A stretch of 64,000 nucleotides of DNA, taken from Ascoidea asiatica JCM 7603 (taxonomy: Eukaryota > Fungi > Ascomycota). The notes below the pieces were generated by a model. The model was not told the DNA's origin. It made no database searches and saw only the letters and a program-made list of their open reading frames with translations. Positions 55,801-64,000 of this stretch are shown piece after piece. The stretch is from positions 655,543 to 719,542 of the forward strand of contig BCKQ01000005.1 of the NCBI GenBank assembly GCA_001600695.1, in the 5' to 3' direction. Within the stretch, counting starts at the first letter, position 1, and each line of letters starts with the position of its first letter. The position numbers were made by a program, and so were the translations under genes.

Positions 55801-58800
55801 AACAAAGTCAGAATTGCTTTCATTATAATTAAACTTTGAGACTTGATAATAGAAATTTTTTATCAAAGCTGAAATTTTTCTATGTTTTAGCAAATTTGAA
55901 ATCTCAGCCAACCTGTTTTCAACAGTTGGAATCCAATTTTCTTCTTCTTCTTTTATTTCTGAAGAAAGTCGAAGTTGGGTGATATTTTGGGACGAAAGGA
56001 TAATTGAAGTAGAAACCGAGATGAATTTTTCTAAAATATCAGAAACAGTAGAACTATTGAATGAAATTTCTTGTTTTCTAGTTCTCTGCAAGTTGGACTG
56101 AATCCAGTTTAGTATTGTATCTGCTAAAAAGGAGAAACTGCTTTCTTCTGACTTCCATTTAGTAAGGTCAGTTATAAAAGTTTGTAAATTTAAATTCATG
56201 GTCTCAAGCTCTAATTGTTTTGCTGTTGTATAAACAATAGCACCATTAGAAGGTTCTAACTGTTTTGATATTGACTTTACTTTAAATTTATAATTGATTA
56301 ATATATCTGAAAGAGCATTCTTTCCTTTAATTGGTGTGACTTTAGAAACACAATTCATAGATTCTAGACAAAAATCAATAAGTTGAACAAGGCAACGATT
56401 GCATTCGTCTAACCACTTTTCATCTAGAATAATAGATTTACAGTTGATAAGCTTTTCACCCTTATTTAGTGATGATGTTAAATTTTCAAATAGATCGATA
56501 GTAGAGTGCAATTCTGTTACGGATTTAAGCAATTGACAAATTGGTTCTCTGTCCTTTATCAAAAAGAATATAAGATTTTCAGATATAGCAACACATCTCT
56601 TTATTTCGTTTTTTGGTAAATTCTCTTCGCAATTTGAAGTGGCATTTTTCAATTTTGGAAGTAAGTCTAAAATTCTAAAGAAATAGGTATCAATCTTACC
56701 GTCCTCTGTGTCAGGGAAAGATTTAGCAGTACTGATGATTAATGTAGATGATTTTTGAACTTCATGAATGTCACCTCTCAAATTAGTTTTCAAACCACTA
56801 CGCTTTAATTCTTTCACTGTTTCATTCAAAAATCGCATTTTTCTAGACTTTAATAGTCCTTTGTTTTGCTTGTTCGTAGAAAAACTCTCTTTTCTTAACT
56901 CATCTATCCCTTCAATTATTTCAGTGGCAAATGAAAGTAAATCTGGATATGTTTCCTGACTTAGACTTTCATTGTAAAAAAGCAATTTGTTATTTAAATT
57001 TTTGATATTTCCAAAAACTTTGGGCTTTGAATTCCACAAAGAAATTTCAGAAAGCTTATCATAACAATTTTGATATTGGGAAATACCTATAAAGTTATTT
57101 TGCAAATTCTTAGATGGATCACACCCATAGTGTGCAACCTTGAGACTTTTTGGCAATCCTTTTTCGATAACACTAATTATTTTCCCCGAAATCATTTCTC
57201 TGTATTTTCTAACAATTTTATAAAGACTTCTATGAGATTTATGCGCACTTTGCTTAAGAGCATGAATGTTTACATCTTTCCAACTTGCAAGTAAAATGAT
57301 TTCTGTCATCTCCTTCTCCAACTTTTTCCTTCCATCACAAATATGCTGAGTGATATTCTCAGAAAATTGTTGAAAAAAAGATATAGTATTAGAAACAGCG
57401 TTATAATAAGACTTGTTTATATTAAGTAAAATCATACTATTTTTGAAAGCCTTCAAAAGTCTTAAGCGTCCCTCAAACTGCCCATAAGAAGAATCAGCAA
57501 GAAATTCAGAAAGAGCAGTGACCAAATCAGGAATATTCTTAGAGGTACTTTCTGTTTCGGAAACCAAAAGAACCTCGAATAAATGAACCCACCATTTTTG
57601 TAACTCTGTAGTTTGAAGTTTATCCTCGTGATGAAATAAAGATTTCCATGATTTCAATTCTAATTTTCTCCAAGAAACAATAATGTTAGTGATTTGTTCA
57701 GTGAAATTATTTAAAGAAATTTTTTGATGGGCGTATTTTTCCCACTCGGTTAAATAAGTATAAATCTGTTCAACCTTCATTATAAGCTTAACAAGTGGAG
57801 TTCTAGAAGCAAAACCTAGATATTCATTACAAGCTCTAAAAAGAATTTGTAAAGTTGCATGTTCTGGCCATTCATTCAACAAATCATTAACTTTTCCTTG
57901 AATATTCTCTATAACCTTAACAGACTCCTTTAGTTCTTTAGGGGCACTACCATAATAGAAATCAACTTCACTTTCATCTTCAACAGTTTCATAAGCAGAA
58001 GTTACTGAACTAATTCTATTCAATAATAATATCAACGCGCTCGGTGTAGCTGAATTCAAAGATTTTTGTCTATCATGGTCAAAATTACTCAAAAAAACAT
58101 TCAAAGATAAAGCAGGACCATCTCTTAAAAATATTCTGATAAAACTAGTAACAATTTCGTTAGATGTAGAATTATCCTTTAATTTTAATTTCGGTGAAGC
58201 TTCTTGAATTTCACTTTCTTCATAATCAGGAAACAAAAGAGCAATTTCATCTTCCTCATTTTCCAACGATGCAGAGTATTTATAAAGTCCCTGGGGTTCA
58301 TTGGTCTCCTTGAGAATTTTAATCTTCCATTCTCTATAAACAAGTTCAAAAACTAGGAAAATATCATCAACAGCAACATTTGACAACCCATTAGTAACAT
58401 TCAATTCAATCAGTTTAATGATATCAAGTAAATTGTCTTCAGGATTCTGCATTAGGGAGAGATTCTCTTGATTTAATAATTGCATTTTTCCAAAATTATC
58501 GATTGGGTTAGAGTGCTTATCTGTTTCAGCAGTTGAGTTAAAATCAGCTACTAAAGAAAAGCCAAGCTTCAATCCATAAATATAGCCCTTCAAAATATCA
58601 TTTACATCATCATAGAGAAAGTGCTTATTTGATAAACGATCTAGGAATCGAGAGGAGTTTTGCTGGAATATTTCAACCTTTCTTTTAGATGTTTCTGTTT
58701 TTTCTAAAGCTACTGTAAGTAAAGATTGTACAGGTTTCTCATCGAGGCAAGCTGACATAAAAGACTTCCATTCTTCAAAAACTTCTCTCATGGAAGTATT

Positions 58801-61800
58801 GGATCTAAAGACTTGAGGCTTATCTGGAACTGCAAAATCCGACTCCTTTGGTAAATAATTTTCTATGCTTAATTCTGTTTCATCGCCGTTTATTATCTTT
58901 CTAACTGATTTCCAATGCTCTTTCATTTCTTCGCAAAATGATCTCTGAAGCATATAAAGATCATGTTTAACATAATCTTCAATAGCAGGATCATAGGGAG
59001 AGCTAGGGACAAATAACTGGATCATTCCACATGAAAAGAATATCCATGCTTTTCCAAGCTCTTCGATTTTCATATTTTCATTTAAAAGTAATGTGATAGA
59101 AGGGCAGAGAAACACCGCACAAATTCTAGAAAAGTTTTTGTTGGTTGATGATACAGAGAAATTTATAAGTTGAATAAAGTCAACTGATTGCGATTTTAAT
59201 GTTTCAAGTAAACAGTTATTGACTTCCTTTGGAAAAGTATCTCTGTGAGCGTAATATATCAAAGAAATCCACTTTAAAAGGATACTTTGAAAAGCTTTCA
59301 CTGGACTACCTAGAATCGTATTTGAATCCCTAATAAGCATTGCCGATAATGATTTTAAATCCTTTAAGGACTCCAAAAGTGAATTTCCAGATACATCTGC
59401 AATGGCGTTAGCATGAACCAAAATATTGCCGTATAGAGAACAACTAAAAATATCCCTTACAATTGAAGACATAGGGTTACTCCATATAGGATTTAAAACT
59501 GTAGGATAAGCCAATGATTGCGCTTCTGAAAAATAGGGCAATAAAGAGTTTGTGTTTCTTCCCGCAATCATTTCTGAAATTAAAAGTTCCTCTTCATTTT
59601 GAAGTCTTTGAGAAAAATTATTGCTATTTAACTCAATCAAAATTAACAACAAATTATAATCCTTTTGAAATAAAGAAGAGCGCTCATTTAAAAACTTTGA
59701 AGAAAGTTTGTTAATAGAGTTAATTTGAATGTCAATTTGTGTAACAGCAGCTTCATACTCAGAAAATTCTATTTCTCCAAGGCAAATTTGATCTTGTATA
59801 TGTAAAACACTCTTTTGAAGTATAATGGCTGACGAGAGTTGATTAAATAGTAAATTTGAACAAGTAGAATCAAATTTTGTACATAGAGACCTGAAACTAG
59901 TAAAAAGCTCCCAATGTTTAATACTAGAAGGGTAGCTTCTTTTGAAAGCTTTCCATAATAGGGCCATAGAAGTCCCAGAAACAAGAGTTAATTTTTTGCT
60001 AAATCGATTAATTTGATTTTGTAAATTTTGAGTATCGTTGCCAAATATCGGTTTATGATCATCAACCCAAGTACGTATCAAATTTGAAAATATCCTTATT
60101 TTTTCCTCATCCTCACATTTAATTATTAAGCAAAATATGGTGTAGAGCACAAATAGGGACTTGGATTTTTGATTAGGCCCAAATCCAGTTTCCATGGAAT
60201 CAAAAATAGACTTCGAAATAAATTCAGACAAAGAAAGCGCAAAATCATAAAGAGGTAGTGAACGCGCAAACTTGAGCTTTCTTCCCAAAGAAAAAGCAGC
60301 AGATTTCTCAATAAACGATAAAGTATTTGGATTTAAAACTAAAGAATTTTCTTTTGTTTTTGACAAAAATTTCAAAGAATTAAAAAACCTCAAGCAAAGT
60401 TCAAAAAATATTACAATTTCAGCCCTAACATAAGATTCTCTCAACGGGTTTGCAAAGTCGAAAGCATTTATATTTGAAAGGGGATTCATAGCCTGATATT
60501 GAGTGAATGAAACTTCTGAATTGCATATCATATTTGCTTCTTCTCCTACCAAACGATATATATCCAAAGATCTCGATAATACTCTATTTTTTGTTAAATA
60601 ATCTATGTCCATATTCATAGCTTTGATAGCATCTAAATTAAACCGTTCAAATTCAGAACTCAGATCAACTAATGACGACAAGCCTTCCAAAAGAGGAAAT
60701 AGAGCAAAAGGCAAAACGGTTACCAAGGTGTGCATAAAACTTTGGGTGTTTAGATTCTTGATAAATTTTATTGAATCAAAAACAAGGCCAAAAAAATAAT
60801 TCATAGAACCATTGCAAAACATAAAAGACAAAATTGGTCTATATTCAGTATCGTTAAATTTAAGATGTTCCAATTTCTGAATTAAATTTAACGGCATTTT
60901 TTGATTGCTTGAAATGTTCAAGCAGCTTTGATCAAATGAAGATCCACGATCTTTAAGGTTTTCCATATAAATTTCAACTCCTCGATTTCGCATAGCTCTA
61001 GATAGTTCTCCAAATCTAGGATTTATTGTCAAGAACAATCTGAAATTAGGATGTGGTTTAATTATACGAGGGTGGCCATCTGCCAAGCTGCACTCGTTGA
61101 TTATTAATGAACCATTAGTTTCTAAAAGAGAATTGAGTCTATCAAGTACCGACAGACTACAAAGGTTTGCATTATCTAAAACAAGCCAATCTCCATTTTT
61201 CACAGCTTCTACTAATAAACCGTCAAACCACTCAAAATTAACTGTTTTAAGCTGTGTTAAGTTATTCAAAAGAGAAGAACCTTCCGAATGAATATCTATT
61301 AAAATTTTTTCACTTGAAGTTTTTGCAAGAGTTTTCAAATTGTCAAGAAGATATGCAAACTTTGTTAAATCAGAAGTGCATGAATCGATTTGAGCTAAAA
61401 TTGAAAGACCCAGCATATGATCAGAATAATCATCTGTGGATAAACTCCTTGCAAGATATAAATACAAGCAATATTGAAGTTTTTGAGAAAAAATGGTCAT
61501 TTTTTTAACAGGATCAACCTGCTCATAGCCACCAAGAATATCCATACTATCAACATCACTGTTCATAGAAAATTCAACTAGATTTGCTCCGATACTATTT
61601 GCCAAATATCTTATGACTTCAGTTTTTCCTGAACTGGAAGGACCTGTTAAAATCAAAGGCCACTTTTTATTGATAGCCATTATCATTGACTCTAAAATTT
61701 GCCTATTACAATTCATATAAATGTTCCTATTTCCAGACTTGTATTGTAAAGTATTAAATCTTCTCATCAAAGCATTTCCCGATTGGACAAACTTTTCACC

Positions 61801-64000
61801 GAGGATGAAATGAGAATCTGACATATCAAAGTTTCCAAAAAAATCTTGAAAAACTTTATAAGCTCTTTTTCTATCTTTTTTGTCACGGAATCGTTGACTA
61901 ATGATCATTTTTAGAAAGTTTTCAGGCCTTTCACTAGGTGATAAAGTTTTACAATTCAACATTTCAAACCATCTTAAAGAATCTCGAAGATTAAACTCCC
62001 ATGGACTTCCAGAGTTGCCCCATAACTTTTTTACAACCACTTCCTCTTCAATTTTGCCCATAAATTGAATAAGCTTGGAATATAAATCTTCATTCATATC
62101 AGGAAATAAATGTTTTGAAATTAAAAAAAGATCTTCCATTGTTAATACATCAATATAAACAACTGTGAAACGATTGATGAAAGACTTGGGAAGACCTTTC
62201 CTTCCCCCACCTTGATATTGAGGATTTTGTGCAGCAAACACAACAAAACTAGGGTTGCAACTAAAAGTTTTGTTTAGCTCTGGAATGTAAACTTCTGATC
62301 TATGATCCAAACAAGCATTTAGCCCCTCGAGAACTGATTGCGAAGCAAGATTCATTTCATCCAATAAAATCCATTCTCCCATTTTCATAGCGCGTAAAAA
62401 AGGTGCATCTTTCCAAGTAAATTCCCCTGTTTTACCACCTTCGGTTGGAGAATCAGACCCAAATAAATCAATCAAATCAGTTTGTTCTGAAAGATTTATT
62501 CTGGTTAATTTATTGCCTGTTGCTTTTGCTATAACTGAAACTAAACTAGTTTTACCTACACCTGGACTTCCTTCTAATAGAATTGGCTTTCTAACCTGCA
62601 TTGCTCTAAGCGTTCGGAAAACATTTTTAGCTGTTGTAGGAGCGTTCAAATTGAATGAGTTGATTTCAACCGTATTATGTCTAGGTATCGAAAAAGGACC
62701 ACATGACAATGTAGTTTCAGATAAAACTGTTTTATAATTATTATCATAGATAGATGTTAGCTCCAATTCTGAAATTTTTGCTAATCTATCCAAGCAGATT
62801 TTTTTCTCTCTTAAAAGTGATTCTTTGGATTCTGCTAAATAAGCAGTATTATTTGTTCCTAAAGAATCAATAAAAACCATACAAGCACCGTCAACTATTG
62901 CTTGATTAACACCGATGCTCTTGAAAGAAACATTAATAAATTCGCACCAAGCTAAAATATCACGGATTGAAATGACCCCACTGTTTGCATATCCTCCTCC
63001 AAATCTTTTTCCAAACCATTCGGAAAATGCAGATATGACTATAGCAAGATAAGACAATTTTGAGTTTAGCTTCCCTTTTATGATCATTTTCACGTCTTCA
63101 AAATTATCCATAGATGGAACCCAGATTTCGGTAAATCTGTTTCTAAGTGCAAGAGATAATTCCTTTTTACCATAATCTCCACCTGGATTCATTGTTGCAA
63201 AAAATTGAAATCCAGATTTGACCACAATGTTGTTTCCAACAGAACCCTTTTCTGCCAAAAGTAATGTTCTCTCAGTTTCCAAAACACTATTAAGTCTTTC
63301 TAAAACCGAATCGTCAGCCAAGGAAATCTCATCTAATAAGAAAAAATTTCCTTGGAGAAGAGCTTTCACTAGAGGGCCATCCGACCATTCGAATAGAGTA
63401 TTCATTGATTCTCTAAGCTTCTTAATATCAAATAGAGTATTTTTGAGAATTGTCGACTTGTCTTTGATATTATCAAATATTTGAAGGAGTTCTGACAAAT
63501 TTTCAGAGCCAGAGAGTACTATGAAATTCTTTGTAAGAACTTCTTTAAGGAGACCTACAAGTTTAACTTGAATTTCACTTTTATTTCTCATTGGTCGCTG
63601 AGCCCCTAATATATCACTGGTTTCAGTATTCTGATGTGCATTCACAGATATTAATTCTTTCTTGTAAAGTTTCGATAGTAGTTGACATATTGTAGTTTTT
63701 CCACACCCTGTTTCACCTACCAATAAAACTGGCTCGTTATTTTTTAAGGCTGTTGAAACAAGAACAAGCAAACGTCTCATTCCATGTGTCCATATCACTG
63801 AGTTTTCAACTTTTATTATATCAGAGGGAAATAAACTTTCATATAGTACTTCCATATTTAATTTTACCCTCATTACTTTTTCAATAACTGTTCGCACTAC
63901 TTCTTTTTCCTCGGTACGCCTTACCCTTTCGGCTAGTAGCATATATCCATTTGATGCTAATTCTTCGTATCCAACAGCTTCTCGTCCAGCCCAACGAAAT
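52867..64000 (-). CDS. MDN1: Midasin/Rea1 AAA+ ATPase; 5' part lies beyond the window
   Basis: Walker A motifs GETGCGKT, GSPGVGKT and GPSSSGKT; long linker; D/E-rich region; MIDAS/vWA (IDDSKSM, ILSDG). The frame stays open to 64000 (FRWAGREAVGYEELASNGYM). Confidence 0.98.
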   Translation of the reverse strand, partial: FRWAGREAVGYEELASNGYMLLAERVRRTEEKEVVRTVIEKVMRVKLNMEVLYESLFPSDIIKVENSVIWTHGMRRLLVLVSTALKNNEPVLLVGETGCGKTTICQLLSKLYKKELISVNAHQNTETSDILGAQRPMRNKSEIQVKLVGLLKEVLTKNFIVLSGSENLSELLQIFDNIKDKSTILKNTLFDIKKLRESMNTLFEWSDGPLVKALLQGNFFLLDEISLADDSVLERLNSVLETERTLLLAEKGSVGNNIVVKSGFQFFATMNPGGDYGKKELSLALRNRFTEIWVPSMDNFEDVKMIIKGKLNSKLSYLAIVISAFSEWFGKRFGGGYANSGVISIRDILAWCEFINVSFKSIGVNQAIVDGACMVFIDSLGTNNTAYLAESKESLLREKKICLDRLAKISELELTSIYDNNYKTVLSETTLSCGPFSIPRHNTVEINSFNLNAPTTAKNVFRTLRAMQVRKPILLEGSPGVGKTSLVSVIAKATGNKLTRINLSEQTDLIDLFGSDSPTEGGKTGEFTWKDAPFLRAMKMGEWILLDEMNLASQSVLEGLNACLDHRSEVYIPELNKTFSCNPSFVVFAAQNPQYQGGGRKGLPKSFINRFTVVYIDVLTMEDLFLISKHLFPDMNEDLYSKLIQFMGKIEEEVVVKKLWGNSGSPWEFNLRDSLRWFEMLNCKTLSPSERPENFLKMIISQRFRDKKDRKRAYKVFQDFFGNFDMSDSHFILGEKFVQSGNALMRRFNTLQYKSGNRNIYMNCNRQILESMIMAINKKWPLILTGPSSSGKTEVIRYLANSIGANLVEFSMNSDVDSMDILGGYEQVDPVKKMTIFSQKLQYCLYLYLARSLSTDDYSDHMLGLSILAQIDSCTSDLTKFAYLLDNLKTLAKTSSEKILIDIHSEGSSLLNNLTQLKTVNFEWFDGLLVEAVKNGDWLVLDNANLCSLSVLDRLNSLLETNGSLIINECSLADGHPRIIKPHPNFRLFLTINPRFGELSRAMRNRGVEIYMENLKDRGSSFDQSCLNISSNQKMPLNLIQKLEHLKFNDTEYRPILSFMFCNGSMNYFFGLVFDSIKFIKNLNTQSFMHTLVTVLPFALFPLLEGLSSLVDLSSEFERFNLDAIKAMNMDIDYLTKNRVLSRSLDIYRLVGEEANMICNSEVSFTQYQAMNPLSNINAFDFANPLRESYVRAEIVIFFELCLRFFNSLKFLSKTKENSLVLNPNTLSFIEKSAAFSLGRKLKFARSLPLYDFALSLSEFISKSIFDSMETGFGPNQKSKSLFVLYTIFCLIIKCEDEEKIRIFSNLIRTWVDDHKPIFGNDTQNLQNQINRFSKKLTLVSGTSMALLWKAFKRSYPSSIKHWELFTSFRSLCTKFDSTCSNLLFNQLSSAIILQKSVLHIQDQICLGEIEFSEYEAAVTQIDIQINSINKLSSKFLNERSSLFQKDYNLLLILIELNSNNFSQRLQNEEELLISEMIAGRNTNSLLPYFSEAQSLAYPTVLNPIWSNPMSSIVRDIFSCSLYGNILVHANAIADVSGNSLLESLKDLKSLSAMLIRDSNTILGSPVKAFQSILLKWISLIYYAHRDTFPKEVNNCLLETLKSQSVDFIQLINFSVSSTNKNFSRICAVFLCPSITLLLNENMKIEELGKAWIFFSCGMIQLFVPSSPYDPAIEDYVKHDLYMLQRSFCEEMKEHWKSVRKIINGDETELSIENYLPKESDFAVPDKPQVFRSNTSMREVFEEWKSFMSACLDEKPVQSLLTVALEKTETSKRKVEIFQQNSSRFLDRLSNKHFLYDDVNDILKGYIYGLKLGFSLVADFNSTAETDKHSNPIDNFGKMQLLNQENLSLMQNPEDNLLDIIKLIELNVTNGLSNVAVDDIFLVFELVYREWKIKILKETNEPQGLYKYSASLENEEDEIALLFPDYEESEIQEASPKLKLKDNSTSNEIVTSFIRIFLRDGPALSLNVFLSNFDHDRQKSLNSATPSALILLLNRISSVTSAYETVEDESEVDFYYGSAPKELKESVKVIENIQGKVNDLLNEWPEHATLQILFRACNEYLGFASRTPLVKLIMKVEQIYTYLTEWEKYAHQKISLNNFTEQITNIIVSWRKLELKSWKSLFHHEDKLQTTELQKWWVHLFEVLLVSETESTSKNIPDLVTALSEFLADSSYGQFEGRLRLLKAFKNSMILLNINKSYYNAVSNTISFFQQFSENITQHICDGRKKLEKEMTEIILLASWKDVNIHALKQSAHKSHRSLYKIVRKYREMISGKIISVIEKGLPKSLKVAHYGCDPSKNLQNNFIGISQYQNCYDKLSEISLWNSKPKVFGNIKNLNNKLLFYNESLSQETYPDLLSFATEIIEGIDELRKESFSTNKQNKGLLKSRKMRFLNETVKELKRSGLKTNLRGDIHEVQKSSTLIISTAKSFPDTEDGKIDTYFFRILDLLPKLKNATSNCEENLPKNEIKRCVAISENLIFFLIKDREPICQLLKSVTELHSTIDLFENLTSSLNKGEKLINCKSIILDEKWLDECNRCLVQLIDFCLESMNCVSKVTPIKGKNALSDILINYKFKVKSISKQLEPSNGAIVYTTAKQLELETMNLNLQTFITDLTKWKSEESSFSFLADTILNWIQSNLQRTRKQEISFNSSTVSDILEKFISVSTSIILSSQNITQLRLSSEIKEEEENWIPTVENRLAEISNLLKHRKISALIKNFYYQVSKFNYNESNSDFVSSILLLFQPLATQYKETVILVKNSYCKYYYCSSKATYILCSALLDLSVNGFCIPDNEEHDEKESDEVEEGSGLGNGDTSGAMNSSKDLDEEDLDEDALAANDENQNNDNEDNEDDKNNAQDIDGDIDGEMENAPGEDNTDSDNENNDKEDADEKIDDIDDADPNAIDEKMWNDKEELEEENDMKEKDSKDMPQNKDGESNLEAKEDENNQNSDNDKEGDSENKDEESKENLGEQEDAVQNKEDDNRLDENVPDSEILDLPEDINLDDETSDKEEEEKEDNNEDQGFEDNLDIDLENENLNLNENEKEENLEEVDGDSNEKENENQEESAADFEDGIDEEMKDDDNDNDNDVDELNEPEETETNNQNGDVELQENIEEDSNDEDPDSKDSKEENLDGVEGLDGIEEMNNNIDENKEENQAENKQNSGEKGEGADSEVKNEEENIGSNGTIGENNDEKKNDNKEEEENYNNNDSAREMVNQTLKELGDSLKEFYRRHEEIKEASNIEDEDKKEKEKANTRPDEFEHLDGKNSENETQALGAAKEEQIQTIDEEKIIDESEEKNGLDGEMIEVENEDDKEDKKEEELNNEEGNFNGKATSDLKDEEQQKDEDIRKNEDGTLENEELINIGFKKDKNKNVDDIVDEDKDEDKYKDEEYMEEEFQKIFLNNNDEPMRNGGMNIEIARQLWKDSERETQELSSRLSEQLRLILEPTLATKLKGDYRTGKRLNMKKIIPYIASEFRKDKIWLKRNKPSKRQYQIMIAIDDSKSMGESKAIKFAFDSLCLFYKSLTQLETGEICIVKFGETIKVLHKFSESFSSSVEKGANLLKWFNFKEEKTDIKKLINISNKLFTNARRTQSQELWQLEIILSDGVCEDHESIERMVRKAREDKIMIVFVIIDCLNGDNMNHEKNSRENKESILDMSQVRYITDEETGIMKLQIDKYLDTFPFEFYVVVHDINELPEMLSIILRQYFSQLANI

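Noticed and set aside
63150-63153. MDN1 KKELSLALRNRF (usually P) as codon-reassignment evidence
   Set aside because: The codon is CTT, not CTG, so it is a real Pro-to-Leu change. This also weakens the MDN1 CTG case, leaving NRP1 as the best evidence.
1405-63484. The many short antisense or alternative-frame ORFs in the track (poly-L/I/Y, FCFC, ISIS etc.)
   Set aside because: They are shadows of (AAT)n and other microsatellites or of acidic coding tracts, or fall in promoter islands; many start at TTG/GTG and have no protein-like complexity.
55500-64000. Horizontal transfer suggested by higher GC
   Set aside because: It lies within a single continuous, essential, vertically inherited gene (MDN1).
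1-64000. CRISPR arrays, transposases or prokaryotic operons
   Set aside because: Eukaryotic gene content with spliceosomal introns; all repeats are simple tandem or inverted, without spacers; no RT, integrase or transposase motifs seen.

Overview
A very AT-rich budding-yeast (Saccharomycotina) chromosomal segment with about 21 protein-coding genes, many carrying long Asn/Ser microsatellite tracts. I found no tRNA, rRNA, transposon or CRISPR. Gene order: SH3 protein (partial), orphan low-complexity ORF, YJR096W-type aldo-keto reductase, Pcl1/2-type cyclin, HNT1, SFT2, RTG3, an Ebp1/AF4-like candidate, THP3, YUH1, NTO1, PBA1 (spliced; N-terminal half missed by the ORF track), NOP56, a small single-pass Cys-rich protein, UGA3-like and UME6-like Zn2Cys6 factors, CSC1, a divergent casein kinase I, YKE2 (spliced), COQ9, NRP1 and MDN1/REA1 (partial). 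Main observations: (1) a CTG codon at a conserved Ser of Nrp1 suggests CUG=Ser, so the ORF track's genetic code is probably wrong; an Ascoidea-like or other CUG-Ser yeast is an inference. (2) There is a candidate AF4/AFF-like elongation scaffold. (3) A non-RD CK1 carries a (Ser-Asp)n insert. (4) A ~20-kb inversion is inferred from the split NOP56-PBA1 / YKE2-COQ9 block. (5) A 29-bp perfect hairpin and a palindrome cluster sit in divergent promoters. (6) There are two confident and two candidate introns. (7) The UME6-like gene has a perfect 180-bp in-frame duplication. All homology calls come from recalled motifs; no database search was run.
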